This document shows positions 14,366 through 28,432 of a stretch of 64,000 nucleotides of DNA, one piece after another (positions within the stretch are counted from its first letter, which is position 1; the number at the start of each line of letters is the position of its first letter). Source of the stretch: Glaucostegus cemiculus (taxonomy: Eukaryota); contig CDPCPM010000011.1 in NCBI GenBank assembly GCA_976551045.1, forward strand, positions 5,828,001 to 5,892,000. Reading direction: 5' to 3'. A program made the translations under genes and the position numbers. The notes beneath the pieces are model-generated. The model saw only the letters and a program-made list of their open reading frames with translations. It did no database searches and was not told the DNA's origin.

Positions 14366-16667
14366 CTTCTAGTTCCTCTACTCTACATATAACAAAAACA
14401 ATAGATACTCCATGGGATGATCATTTGAAATTTTTTTCTATATGTTAGTCCTCCCATCTTCTGGCATGTCGACAAGAAAGTTATTCCCACAGCTGAGCTT
14501 CCAATCAACAGGGCTTGGAAAGATTTTGGTGACTGTCCTTTCTAAAGGAAACAGAATGGCAATATTTGGAAATCCAAAAGTTCCAGCTTCTCTTTCCCAC
14601 ACACAAGATACAGTAGTCTCGTTAAAATGAAAGGATGCTGACACTCACACCTTGATAAAATGGAGTTATTAATTAATTTTGTGCAGTGGCAGACACTGAG
14701 AGCTCTAGCCTACTCTGTGCTGGTGGTAGGTGGGATGTGATTGATTTAAAGGCGCAGTGATTTGTGAATTCAGCCCACGGCCAGGATAGTACATCAATAA
14801 CACTGAGCTGGAGTGGGTGTTACAACTCTTACAGATCTTATAAATGATCTTTAAAATGTGAAGCAATTTCTATGAGCAGTATTTTCCTTATTTCGCTCTA
14901 ATTCCTAATCTAGGAGCTCCTACCCCTCACTTCTATCATCCTTCACCCTTCACATTACAGTAGTTCTTTTGCTGATACTTGCAGCATCAAAACCACATTT
15001 TAATAAGGACCATAACCCACTCAAGAAAAGAATTTAAAAGGATGCAAAGTAGATGGATGCATTCCATTAAAATAGGAGTGATAAACAGATGAAACAATAA
15101 TTAATAATAAGAAGAATCAGTACGTGGTTGCTGACAAGTGTTAGGAGGACAATAAATATTTTCACATTTTACTCATTTTATTGATTCTTTAAAGATTCAT
15201 AATTTCAAGGGAAAGTTTGAAAAAATTATAATTTGTTATGTTCTCCATATTATGACATGTAACATTGATTTAAAGACACCAAATTGCTTTTGCATGCTGT
15301 GCAGAAGTACATGACTTACTAACAGCCAATAGCAAGACAGATCAAATTTGGGGATTTACTACTTATTCAAAAATATCAGTTCAATTCTTGTGACCCTAAA
15401 TGTGCCTGTTTACTTCTGCTACCTATCAATTTTTAATAGATTAAAACTGTTTCTTTAATTCAGGTTTTTTCCTTAAATTTATGCAATAACGGAAAGATTT
15501 GTCCCAAGTCACTCGGTTTTCATATAGTACTCCACAACTTCTGTTTATAGTAACCAAGCTGATCATCAGAAGGGGTATGAGGCCACCTCGAGGTAATAGT
15601 CTCACAATGCTTTGTCTTAAAATTAGACTTCAGGATATCTCCAAGCCACTCACTGAAATACCCTTAATTGTTTTTAATATTAATGTTGAAGACAGAATCC
15701 AGTTTTCAGTCTTTAAACACATGTACATGTTGCTGTTTTATTTGAACTGACAGTGGTATGAGGGGGTGGCATTGTACTCTCTCCAGGTCACTGCAGTGTG
15801 AGCGTTAAATGTACCCATAATATGAATGACCATGCTGTTTATCCTGTACAAACAAATCCCTCTATTGGGTTCTGAGGTTCCTTACTGCTGCTTTCACAGT
15901 GTGCTATATATTTAGCTTTCCTAAAGGAGGACGTAGGAGCAGGATTTTAGAATATTCATGCATGACACACTGTGGCACTGCAATTGTCAAAATGTACCCG
16001 AGTCAGTATAATAGCAGCTCCTCCCAAAATGCAATTTAATTTGGGAGAAATAATGTACAAACTAAATTTGTGATATATCCCAGAGGAAGGGCTGTTTGCT
16101 GTCAATCACAGGAATATATTCTCATGCTACTAAAAAAAATACAGGCTAGTTATGTGACTGACCAAATAAGAATAGTTTCCAGATACCAGAGTTCTGATTC
16201 AAGAGAGAAAAATATTCAGCACATTACCAACAACACCATTAAGTAGATATGTCTCTTGGTTCAGTCAAAAGACCATTTCAAAGCTGCTGTAGCCTTCTTT
16301 TACTTTGTGCTTGATGAACCCACCCTTCACCTTCAGATTTTTTTTTTCACCTTATGAATGCACTTCAATGCCCTCCCTCTAGCCCTGCTCTACTCTATAC
16401 TTGGATCTCCAAGAGTTCATTGACTGAGAGAGGAACAAAATTGAATATTACAACTACACAAGAGAGCAATTGAGCAATCTTGACCACTCTTGAGCAATAT
16501 CAGAGAAAAGCACTTGTTTGGAGAAACTATCTCCACATCAAGAATTATATTATTTAGTACAGGGCTTAGTACATCATTGGAAACAAAGCACCACATTCTC
16601 AGCAGTTCGCATCTGGGAAATACTTGGACTTGCTAACTGAATTCAAAGTCTTGGAATTTGACTAATG

Positions 16668-17490
16668 ACAAGAACAATAGAAGCAGGAGTCAGACACCTG
16701 GCCCCTCAAACCTGCCTTACCATTCAATGTTCCCCAAGCTTCAACAACTCTTCTGTGCCAATTCCCCATTGCCAGCAATTCCCCAGTCTTTCAAAGATTT
16801 GCCTACCTCCTCTCAAAAACACTTTCACAACCTTCTACAGTAATGAACTCCTGAGAGTCACTACCCTCTTTAAGAAGAATTTCCTACACACCTGTTTTGA
16901 ATAACTGCCCCCTTAGCTCGTAATTACTTCTCTTATTTTTAAATTCCAGCCACCTGGCAATTAAGGCCATTGTGCTAACCTTTTCTGTTTCATACACAAG
17001 AACACCCGGAACTCATTTGTAGTCTAATAGTTAACAGTCTGCCTTTTGATTTCTCCTACTGAAGTACATGACCTCACACATCCTTACATTAAACTCCATT
17101 TATCAAGTTTTTCCCCACTCATTCATCTTATTTATATCACTTTGCAGAATCTAAGTAGCCTCATTGTGGCATGCCCCCCTACCTATTTTCATGCCATCAG
17201 AAAATTTGGATATCTTACACACGGCCCCCTTCTCTAAGTCATTAACATAGAGTGTAAATAATTGATGACTGATCCTTCAGGTATTACACTAGTTATATCA
17301 TTGCAGTCTGGAATAAAAAAAACATTTATTCCAATTCTCTGTCTTCTGCATGATAATTAGTCTTCAATGTCTACTAACGCACTTCCCCCAGTGCAGCCTT
17401 TTATATGGCACATTAACGAATGCCTTCTGAAAATCCAAGTAAGCCAAATCTATAAGTTCCCCTCTACTGACTCTGCTTGTTATACTTTCA
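16668..17490 (-). mobile_element. Decayed CR1 LINE
   Basis: Begins with an antisense CR1 tail (aatagaagcaggagtc...cccctcaaacctgccttaccattcaat). RT remnants include gccttctgaaaatccaagta (YLDFQKA). Confidence 0.8.
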
Positions 17491-18549
17491 AAGAATTTAC
17501 TTCCCCTACTTCCTTTAGATTCTTTTGGAATCACATGATTGCCAATTTAGTTCAATCAGTAACGTCATCAAACCAACCGCCCAGGAAAATCTAAAATATT
17601 ATTTTAATATCCTGAACATTTTGAACTATTTATGTGAGGGAACTACAATTTACATGTCTATATTTATTTTAACATCTAGTTCAGTACACCAATGAAAATT
17701 CACTTATAATGAAGCATTACATTTTCAGGACATTTTGCACCAAGTATATTTAAGAAATACCTGGAACTTCTGTTAAATTGCTGACTTCACCAATTTTAGT
17801 TCAGAAGCCTAAAAAACAGGAGGGCTGAATGACTGAAAGGAACTTTGTTTTGAATTAATTCCAAAGGCACTGTCAATGTTTCTGTGTAATAATAGCAACA
17901 ACAGCCAGTTTCACCATAGTTGCAGCCACAAATTCTGGGCCAATAATTATGTTTAATTCTCTTGGTGCTGAATGATTTCTAATTAATGCAGAGGGGAAAA
18001 AACCAGCCACTGAAATTCATAATAATCACTCAGTCAGAGCTGACAGTCAGATGAATCACAAATCCAAAATTAAATAACTTGTTTGCAAATAAATAAATTT
18101 AACCTAATTTGGCTCCCTGAAATTCAGATGCACAACTTGACTTAATAAGATACAAAGCAACTAAATAGGTGGGAGCATCACTCTTTATAACTGCACAGCT
18201 CCATATTCCAATGATTCATTGTTCAGGGAATGTTGGCTTTTATATATTTCATCAAACAGACCTTTTGCCATTAAGGTTTCAGATATACATTACATAGAAT
18301 TTGTGCTGGAGCCACGGAAGCGAGAGATGGCTTTAAATAAATGTATAAGTGATGTCATCAAGCTATTATTTTAAGCACATGGCTTAGAGCATCATTGAAA
18401 ACATACTTGCAACAAAGCATAACATTTCTGGACATTTTACAGCAGTAATAGTTCAGAAATACCTAGACGTGCTAACTGAGACTCACAGCTTGATATCTGT
18501 AGTTGACCAATATCATTAAATGATCGTCAACTTAGTTCAACTAGAAGAA

Positions 18550-18930
18550 CATCAAATCAATCCTACTCCAAAAGTGCATGCATGAATCTAGGCTGAAGCC
18601 TCAGTAAACTTCTGTGATGCCAGGTGTGAATTTTTCGATAGATGAAGACATAAGACATTGCATGATAGTTCTTTGGAAGCGAAAGATTTGCCTTCTCCTG
18701 GTGTTATCACTAACCTTCATCACCTAGCACAATCTGCATGAAAGTAGATCAATTAGTCTCCTAATTGGTTGGAAATTGGAGATCTGACTGTGCAGAAATT
18801 GACTTTCATGTTTATCTACAAAATAACTGCAGCTGCACTTTGAGACGTATTTGTTGGGTCTAGTTCACTTTAAGATGGCCAAGGGATACGAACTGAAGTA
18901 TCCCTTTATATGTATATGTAAATTCTTTTA
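18550..18930 (+). mobile_element. Deu-domain SINE (SacSINE1/AmnSINE-like), decayed
   Basis: aatcctactcc...aatctaggctga head region, gatctgactgtgcagaaattgact Deu core and a tail region. Colinear with 45063-45852. Confidence 0.6.
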
Positions 18931-19471
18931 TTGCTATTCAGGCATAAAATGTAGCCATTTTCTAAGATAACTTAGTTTTCAGTAATGTTGGTAAATACTT
19001 GGCATTTTACACATATATTTCATACAAATTCTGTTGGTCACCTTGAATCCAAGAACTCCACACATCACACTGCATGCTGGAACAGAAGGTGAAAAGAATT
19101 ATGTACACCGCTGCTGGATTTTGGGGAGTCACTTAGAATGACATCTGACAACAGCAAGCATTGGAAAAGCTGAGTTTCTCACTATAGAGGCAATTAGATT
19201 TTTGTGGGAAACTGTTTTTAAGATAGTGATGGGAGCTATAAATTCTAGGCCATTCATGAAATAATTCTATAAATCCCATAAATGAACCAGACGATTAAAG
19301 AGTTTTCTTTCTGCTTATAAAAGTTATTAAGGATAATTTAACCTTACCACCCCCCCCCACCCCACAACCACAGTGGAAGAGAGAGGATGCAAATTCCAGC
19401 TCCGACTTACTGTGAACTTGTCCATTTCCACAACAGCCAAGGTGGGATGGGAGCTTCTGAATTACCTGCTC

Positions 19472-19710
19472 ATTGGATTGGATTGGTTTATTATTGTCCT
19501 GTATACCGAGATACAGTGGGTGCAGGTAAACAAATAAAGTACACGGGTCACAATTGTGTAGATTGGGAGATCAAGAATCTATCTTTAGTGTATGAGAGGT
19601 CCAAGAATCTGATAACAGTAGGATAGGAGCTGTACTTTAGCCTGGTGGTACATGCTTTCAAGCCTTTGTATCTTCTGCCCAGCAGGAGAAAGGAGAAGAG
19701 AGAATGAGAA
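19472..19710 (-). mobile_element. Rex1/Babar LINE 3' end
   Basis: attggtttattattgtcctgtataccgagatacagtg is the antisense of the terminus at 57250-57290. ttgtatcttctgccc...gagaagagagaatg matches 56925-56970. Confidence 0.8.
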
Positions 19711-20827
19711 TACTTGGAAAAGCAAGCTCCTGATTATAATGTTCTCGAGGCTCTTTAACCACAATTTGAACTTTAACACACAGGATGGGATTTCCAAGGA
19801 CTGGTAAATCTGACAACAAAAGGAAGGCAAAAACAACTGAATTGAGTCAAAAACTGCTTTTAGTAGCAGCGCTTGTAGGCAAGGAAAAGCTACAGTGGTT
19901 CCACTCCACCCCTTCCCCTTCTACTACAGTTAGATAAACTCTGCTCCCACACTCCAACTTCAGTCTTTGACCTCTCTTTATGTCCCCTTCCTCCTGACAT
20001 TCCCACCCCTACAAACCCTATTATAGTTCTAGGCCCCCTTGTCCTGATTATTGGTTGAATACCTCACCCTTTATTCACGCCAGTATCCCCATCACTGCTA
20101 CCAATCCAACATATTTCACTGTACAGCAGTGGGGGCATTCACCATTGTGTGCTCCTATTGCTGCCCTTCCCATTTGCCAGTCTGTCAGCTTGGTTGGTTG
20201 TCTGTCAGGAAACATAGAGATTATGTTAGGGGTGTTGTTATATTTTATAGGATGTCCAGTGACTCAGAATTTCATGAATGAAAAAGCCTGCTCCTTTGCC
20301 CCCTCCCAGCCTTCTCATAAATATTAGGTTAATTGAGGAGGGTTCCACATCATTGGACCAACGTGCAATTTCTGCAATGTAGTAAATGTGTAATCTGTCA
20401 GGGAGGGGACTGCAGATTCTAATTTCAGTCATAATTTCATTCCATTCCTGAACAACAAATATGTCACAAATTTTCTATTCACTATCACTTGTTCCTCAGG
20501 CCTCTGGACCACCACAAAGATAGTCCCAAAATTATTCACTCCAGGCATGAGACATTCTACATTGCTGACTCAGCCCAAAGCACTTAATTTACTGCTTTGC
20601 TCCTAAAGCCACCTTGATGTCTCGGTGTCTCCTGAATTAACTTACACCAGTGTTCCTCTTAAGTCTAGCGAAACAATTACCTATTCCCCTGAGGTGGCTT
20701 AAGAGTCGTCTTTCCTTCTGGTTTTCCTACTCCTCTGCCTTGCTCTGTTATTTTATTTTGTCATTTTTGGTACCCCCCCAAATCTACGGCTCTTTTCTCT
20801 TATTGTGAATTCCATAAACATCTAACA

Positions 20828-20868
20828 ATCTGATAAAGACTCATTGAATGAGTCCTTCTTTATCAGAT
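20828..20868. repeat. Near-perfect 41-bp inverted repeat
   Basis: atctgataaa-gactcatt-g-aatgagtc-[cttc]-tttatcagat: 10+8 complementary bp with one 4-nt bulge. Confidence 0.9.
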
Positions 20869-23800
20869 GGAAATTATTTCTTCAGTGAACACAGTAAACT
20901 GCTCTCAGAAAATAACAAACATTAAGAACAAAGCAGTTGGATGGTGCCACATGTAATTGTGAGGGTAAAGTATTATTGATAACCAGATGTACACCCAATA
21001 AAAGTGAAATGGGCAACTATCAATAGCAATGTTATCCATGGGCCGTCATTCTTTGAACTTTTTAACCCATTGATTAAAATGAATACATGTGTTTTTTATT
21101 TTAAAAAAGATGTGAAGTGAAATAAATCTGCAGAAATATACATTCTCTTTGCTGTTATTCCTTCCATGTAAAATGTGGTGTAGGCTCAGCGTGGGCAGTA
21201 GATGCTGTGTTGAAAATATTGCGTTAGGAGGAAAGTAAGACTAAACTTTATAAACACATCTCACTATTAGGCTTCCTAATAAAACATAAACATTTCACTC
21301 TATTTAACCAAAAGTAGCTTGCCTCCAATCATATGCCTATTTATTTTAGGATATTGGACTGGTATTGGTGAATCACTAGCTTTATCTGTCAAGTATAAAA
21401 GATCTATAACTCACTTGCCTATGGCAATCATGAATTATGAAGGTTTCTCTCATGAATAAAATACATTGCTTTGGTGAAATATTACATTTATTCTATTGAC
21501 TTTAATGTTTTAAAAGAGGGAAAAAAGTAAGATGGGTAAAAATTCATATTTTTAAATCTTCATGTTGTTGATCTCTTTATAAGAAGGGGCCAACCTCAGC
21601 AGTTTCACAACTATGATGTGCATAATGATGTGTACTCAACTGGCACTGAATTTTCCCAGCTTGGATGCTTCCCATTTAGCATCTGGGACAGGGAAGGATG
21701 CTTATCTGTGGGATTGCTTATGGAGCCGCTCACTGCTGCCTGCACAGCAGTCATCAGCCAAGCACTCTCCTGTAAAGCAGGGACCTGAAAATAGCAGGTC
21801 TCTGCAGCTTGGGAGGCATCACGAAAACAGCAAAATGCACTCGACAGGATATTTCTTCTCATCCGTTTGTTAACATGTTCGGGGAGGCCTATTTTAAATG
21901 GAGGATGTTACTTCTTTATTATCTCTGGAATAAAAATGAATGCCTACACTCACAATACAAATATAAACATCCTGACTTCCAACCAGATGATTTGGATTTG
22001 AGCCCTAGGGATGCAGTTACTTGGTTCCTAAGTATCCAGTCTGGATGACATCTGGGCTGGTTTGTAAGGAGCTATGGGGGCAATTTTCCACTGTTTAATT
22101 TGAGCATTAATAATTGCCTAGACAGATGCATTGAAGGAAACTAGGCAAGCACAATCACATGCCTGCAGCAGTGCCTGTCCAATTTTCCATCCACTTAACT
22201 TAATGCCTCCCTTCTGGGTTGGAAGGGTCTTGTGACAGGTGGGATGGTGGTGCAATGTGCTGGAGCTCCATCATGCTTTTCCATGAATTGGTAGGAGTTA
22301 GTTCTGTAGCTGCTTTCCCCACACTGAAGTGTGGCAAGTGGAAGCCAGACGTTTGGCCACAAGGCCAAGTTGAAGAATGATGAAAGACATCATCAGACTG
22401 GTCACCTCCTCTGAACAGCTGCATCAAAGGCAGCCTTGGCAAAGCTCTGAGAGCAGGTTGAGTGCTTGTCCTCACGGTCACGGAGTGACAAATAGAAGGA
22501 AAGTTAAATAAGAACAAAAGAGAAGTAGGTCAAGTGAAAGTGAAAGGCTTAACAGGGAGAACAGTAAAAAAATGAAAGGTAAGTAAACTATTATCTGGCT
22601 GTTGACTGTAACCCTTTGGAGACTGAACTTGAATTGTTGCACCAATACAAAAATAATACAGTCAACTAAGTTTGGTTCAGTCAAAGAGCAATATGAAATA
22701 TAACAGCAGTTTTCATTACCAATTGCTTAACATAAGAACATCAATAATGGTCTGCACTCTGTGGTTGTAATGAAGGGAAAACTGTTAGTATTTGCTCCCA
22801 ATACACTGTGCAACTGACTACTACTCCTTGAGTACACATGTGCAGAAATCCACAAATTGCAGTGATTTCTTGTTCTCCCACAGGATCTGCTGTGTTGCAG
22901 CTTTCTTCAATGGAATCATTCTCCAGAAATCAGTCAACTAATAAACTGTAGGCATTGACAAACTATTCATGCTGTAAAATACTCTGAAAATATTACACTA
23001 CATTGTAAGGTCAAAGTGAATTTTGAATAGTTTATTACTGCTTAGCAAGCCTGGTGATGCTCCCAAAAATCTAATTTTAAGTGGATTGTAATTCCCACAG
23101 ATAAGTATTTCAAAATATAATGAATTTTACAAGAATGTTTTAAAAAATGTTTTATATTTAAGTTATTCAGGTTATGTGTATGTACAAATCATTGTGCAAT
23201 ATTAAATGCTTAAAAGTTAATTAAACACTGACCATTTTCTTCCTGGTTTGATGCAGGTGAAAATTCTTCAATGTGTTTGGCTGCCTAGCCAGCCTAATGA
23301 CATCACTATTGCTGGATGCCAGGGATCCTGTTAAACCAATACCTGGCAGGATTCAACACTGGTAAAAGGAACGTACACACAAGAGATCATTTATTCTACC
23401 TGGGCAGTTTTCTTTGAAGTTAGTAGCAAGTATGAATATTTTTCCTCCAACTGCAAAATCTAGCCCAATGAAATGTGTATTTGGCTGAGTGTTAGAACTA
23501 GGTCTTATTTACATCAGTGTGCTGTTGACTATATCATACCTCTGCCAAAGTACTTCAATATTAAATGAGATACTTCTGTGGTGTTACCTCAAATTATCCA
23601 ACCCACTGACACTATCTTTACAACTATCAATACTTCTCCAGTGTATTGAATGGCTCACAATGCTCCCACTAGTTCTATTTTAGAAGAACAGAATCTAAAA
23701 TTCAATTATATTTTTAAAATATAATCAGTAGAATATAGGAATATTTTGCATCCTTAAGATTATGCAATACAGTAATCTTCCTGACACTGTTACTCTTCCT

Positions 23801-25447
23801 CCTTGCAAATAAAAATAGTGTCCCTTTAAAAACAAAGTTCGGTAGCATTAAAGTACGTAGTCTTGGCTAGGCCACAATGGCAGATTTGTAAGACAAGTTA
23901 TCACAATAAGGAGACAAAACAATACCATGATTCACCCAGGCAACTCTCACTCATTTCCCCACACCTGAGCACTACCCCTGGGCTGAGAACAGCAAATGTA
24001 CACCCATTTCCACATTCAGATAATGTTCATTTCATATCTTCCACAAATTCTACTTGATAATAGTGAACGTTAGAAATATAGAGTTGTTGAGTTGACATAA
24101 ACTAAATTTGTGTATTTTGAAGCTGCAAAGAACATTTAATATAATAAAGACATACAATATTTAGCATGTAAAACCAAATTTGTTACAAAAGCCATCAAAA
24201 CTGAAAAATACTAGGACATTTAGAAATCTTTAAGACCATTTTGTGGCTCATACCCAGATAGTGTATGTTCAAACTTCAATGTTAATTCTTATTGAACACG
24301 AGCCTTCATGTCATGTGATCTGTGCTAGCTTTTGGCCTTGACCATTCATTAAGTACAATATTTCATTTCAAGGATACAAAGAAAATGGCAAAGCTGCCTT
24401 GTAGAAATGGATCTTTTGACAGCTAATCAAGGAGCGGTGTTAATGGCAGCCACGTTGATATGAGCAGCCCAGACTGTCCAATCTCCACTTCTAGGGAAAA
24501 CGCATGGTGTAGGCTACCGCAGTAATAAATATGAAGGAGAGGATTTGGTTCATATATCTATATATTTTTGTACACAAGTACACACACAGAAACATCTCTG
24601 AAACACAAATACCCTTCCAGATTTAATACCATTTTTACCAGTTAGAAGTATTTTGTTCATTCTCCCTTTCATTCACTCTGATATCCTTTTGTAGAAATAA
24701 TACAATCCTTTTCATTTATAGATAATATGCTGTATGATAAATTGCAGAGTTGCAGTGGTATTGAGCAAATTCTAGTGCTGTCCATTAATTTATTTTCTGT
24801 TCTGTTAATCCAGTGAAGCCCATCAGATGCTCGAATGCTTGCTAGAAGAATCGATTGTAACCATCTCTATTAATCTGGTGAGTAGCTGATTGATCGAGGC
24901 CTAAACTGGGTCAGTGGTATTGTCTGTTGAAAGGTCAAAACCCCTTAATCATCATTTACTTCAGATAGACTGATCAAACTATTTCCACAGAATGGGGATG
25001 CAGTATTGACTTGTTTAATATAGATAGGGTGATATTTCAGAAGGAAATTTTTTAAAAAGGAAATGGGTAAATAGAACTTTTGTAACCAATTATTGGGAAT
25101 TTTTTCAACTTTTGTACTTTAAACCCATTAAACTTTCACTTTGTACTCTCAAAATCACTTTATACAGCTATTCAATGGAAACTAGCACTGTGGATGATTA
25201 GAAACAAATTTAAGAGTTGACAAAGTTCACATATGAGTGTTAAACAGTAACAAACTTTTTACTTTGAATTGGTTGATCCCTGTTTAAGAATGGAACAAAT
25301 AAGAATAGAGCCTAAAGCCATAAAAAAAATTAAACTGTTCTTTGCCAACAGGAAGCTGTACCCTTCCGAATGCAGACAAGTATATATTTGGTCATAGGGT
25401 CAGGTAATTTTCTGAGATTGCTTTCTTCTGAATTTTTAAAACTTTAA

Positions 25448-25505
25448 AACTTTATTTATACAGCACGGTAACAGGCTCTTTGGCCCAACAAGCCCATGCT
25501 GTCTA
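25448..25505 (-). mobile_element. HE1/CR1 3' tail remnant
   Basis: tttatttatacagcacggtaacaggctctttggccc is antisense to the tail at 44128-44160. Confidence 0.7.
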
Positions 25506-26059
25506 GCATCAACCTGATCTTGCTATAGAAACTTGCTAGGAAAAGTCTTCTAGTCCAAAAGACTGAAATGAATATTGTAATAGTGTCTAAGCTTTTTCCC
25601 CATTAGTGCTTATACTATGCTAAGTTAAGATTTTAGTTTATTTTCTTTTCCATAAACTGGGAGGAACGGCAATAGGATCTACTCATATGTTGCAAATGGA
25701 AATGACACAGGCACTCTGTACTTCACCAAATGCTTCAACAATTCTAATTCAGATACCAATGGCAAATTCTACTTCTGAATTTCAGCAAAAAAATACAAAG
25801 CACGTGGTGATAGGAAAACATCATTGCTGGTATTCCAGAAACATTCCAACTGTCAAAATTCCCTGACTATCTTTAAAAGCTCTCTCAGCAGATATAAACT
25901 AAACTGGGATTCAGCCTTGCATAGTTGTTCGGGAAGCTGGAAGAGAAATAAAATGAGACTTATATTTATATCAGCTACGATGGTGAAAGTAGTAGACATG
26001 TTTCAGAGGTGTACATGGAGTGCAGTGAGAAGGAGGGAAGTAGACACTGCAGTGAGAGA

Positions 26060-26540
26060 GGAGGAGTGTGCTCACAGTGGAATGAGATTGGAGGGAGAGC
26101 ACAGAATGGTGAAATGGGAGGAGTGCTCACACTGGAGTGGGAGGGGAGGAGAGCACACAGTGGAGTGGGATGGGAGGAGTGCTCACACTGGAGTGGGATG
26201 GGAGGAAAGCACACAGTGGAGTGGGAGGGGAGGAGAGCACACAGTGGAGTGGGATGGGAGGAAAGCACACAGTGGAGTGGGATGGGGGGAGAGCACACAG
26301 TGGAGTGGGATGGGGGAGAGCACACAGTGGAGTGGGATGGGAGGAAAGCACACAGTGGAGTGGGATGGGAGGAGAGCACACAGTGGAGTGGGAGGGGAGG
26401 AGAGCACACAGTGGAGTGGGATGGGAGGAGAGCACACAGTGGAGTGGGAGGGGAGGAGAGCACACAGTGGAGTGGGATGGGAGGAAAGCACACAGTGGAG
26501 TGGGATGGGGGGAGAGCACACAGTGGAGTGGGATGGAGGG
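26060..26540 (+). repeat. G-rich minisatellite, 28-bp unit agagcacacagtggagtgggatgggagg, about 17 copies
   Basis: Directly visible tandem array. The 28-nt period produces the 28-aa repeat seen in all overlapping ORFs. Confidence 0.97.
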
Positions 26541-26544
26541 ACTT

Positions 26545-26817
26545 GTATTTAAGGTGAGAGGGGAAAATTCAAAGGAGATGTGTCGGGCAAGCTTCACAAA
26601 GAGAACGGTGGGTGCCTGGAATGTGTTGCCAGGGCTGTTGGTGGAGACAAATACAAAAGAGGTGTTTAAGAGGCTCAGAAAGGTACATGAAAATGCAGAG
26701 AATGGAGGGACATGGACCACATGCAGGCAGGAGGGATTGGGCATCATTAGCTTAGTTTGGCACAACATTCTGGGCCAAAGGGCCTGTTCCTGTGCTGTAC
26801 TCTTCTATGTTCTATGA
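26545..26817 (+). mobile_element. CR1 LINE 3' fragment
   Basis: FKVRGENSK...FTKRTVGAWNVLP and tail gggccaaagggcctgttcctgtgctgtactcttctatgttctatg. Confidence 0.9.
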
Positions 26818-26821
26818 ATTC

Positions 26822-26900
26822 TCACACCAGAGTGAGGTGGGAAGAGAGCACGTAGTGGGGTGAGATGGGAGGAGTGCATACACTGGAGTGAGATGGAATG
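26822..26900 (+). repeat. Degenerate continuation of the 28-bp minisatellite
   Basis: gagagcacgtagtggggtgagatgggaggagtgcatacactggagtgagatgg contains 2-3 diverged units. Confidence 0.75.
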
Positions 26901-28104
26901 AATGATCAGTGTGGTGTAAGATGGGACATTTTGCCTTTCCAAATCATCAGTAGTTAAATACACAAAAAATTGCTGGGCTACAGGAAAAGGATGGGATAGT
27001 GGGCCTGGCTGCATTTTCTTTCAGAGGACTGACATGGACTCAATGGAGCAAATATTCCCATTATATACTCTTCCAGTCTATAGTTCCTTGATTCCATATA
27101 ATAGCTGTCACATTCCTCTTCCTAATTTTAGTTGCATTGAAATTATTTGAACAAATTTCCATGATAAATACAATGTTAGGCTGCTATTAGCTCATGTAAC
27201 CAAGGGCATATTCTAAATGGTCATACTATAAATTACATTAAGGCCCTGTGTGATGTAGATCCTTAAGAAGATCTGTAAACAATGTCATTGTTAACCATTA
27301 CAATGAGTATCCTGAGACAGATGTATAGAAGATAGACTTGTCCCTGGAATACTGGGTGATATAACCGTAGTTTTTGATGTTGGATGCACAACCTGTTCAG
27401 TGAGGTATGAGATGATATTGTTGAAGCATTTGGTAAACTACAGGATGCCTGACATTTCCATTTGCAACATATCGTTAAATCCTATTGCTGTTGTTTCCAG
27501 TTTATGAAAAATAAAATAAAATCTTCATTCACTGGCATTATGAAGAAAAAAAATTTTGCTCACTTTTCTGGGAGTTAACACAATCGTTTGGACTTATTGG
27601 TGTGAAATGTTCTTGTTCTGTTGCATTGTTTTCCTGACCTTCCCAAACGTCATCAACAGTTTTGCAATGCCCAAAATTGACTTCCAGCAAGATTTTCATC
27701 CACATTGGTATAAATAATGACTAATACTGTCCACTGAGAGTGGAAAGTAGTTGCATGTTCATCAGATGAGTAATGAGTGAAAAAAAGGGGAAGGACATTG
27801 ACAGAAGAGGTAGTGTCCAAAACCTTCTCCACCCACTTCACACTAGGATGCCACTCTCTCATCAATACTTGCAGAAGCTATGTCAATGTGTGCCACCTTT
27901 CCACAAAGTCATTCTTAATCACATCTGTGACCTCAGAAAATCTCAAGTACAACCTCAGAAGAATGCCTGTAATGTTCTTAAAGTTATCTTCACTTACAGA
28001 ATCCCAGCTTCAAGACCCTTCTAGGCTGTCTCTGCAGAGAGTTGCCACAGACAATACTTCTGCTGCTCACTGCTGCAAAGCAGAAATTAATAAAGGCTCA
28101 AACA

Positions 28105-28432
28105 TAATAGAGTCAAAGACTGGTACTGTGCAGAAACAGACCCTTCAGCCCACCACAGCCATACCATATGTTACACCCATCGATACCAATCCTATTTACC
28201 CACATTAGGTCCATAGCCTTGGTGATTCAGGTACTTGTCTAGATGCCTCTTAAATATTGGGAGAGTATTTGTCTCCACCACCTCCTCAGGCAGTGCTTTC
28301 CAGATTCTCACCACCCTCTGTGTGAAGAAATTCCCCTCTGATCCCCTCTAAATTTCTTACTTCTCATCTTAAATCTATGACCTCTTAGATACCACTGGAA
28401 AAAGATTCTTCTCGTCTCCCCTATCTATCCCC
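28105..28432 (-). mobile_element. CR1 LINE 3' fragment
   Basis: Antisense tail cagaaacagacccttcagcccacc and ttccagattctcaccaccctctgtgtgaagaa (FFTQRVVRIW). Confidence 0.9.

Noticed and set aside
26060-26540. CRISPR-like appearance of regular repeats
   Set aside because: Units are contiguous with no unique spacers, there are no cas genes, and the DNA is vertebrate.
25824-26817. Six long overlapping ORFs (112-242 aa) with repeating W/G/E- or P/H/C-rich peptides
   Set aside because: They arise from a stop-free 28-bp minisatellite open in all frames on both strands, running into a CR1 fragment.
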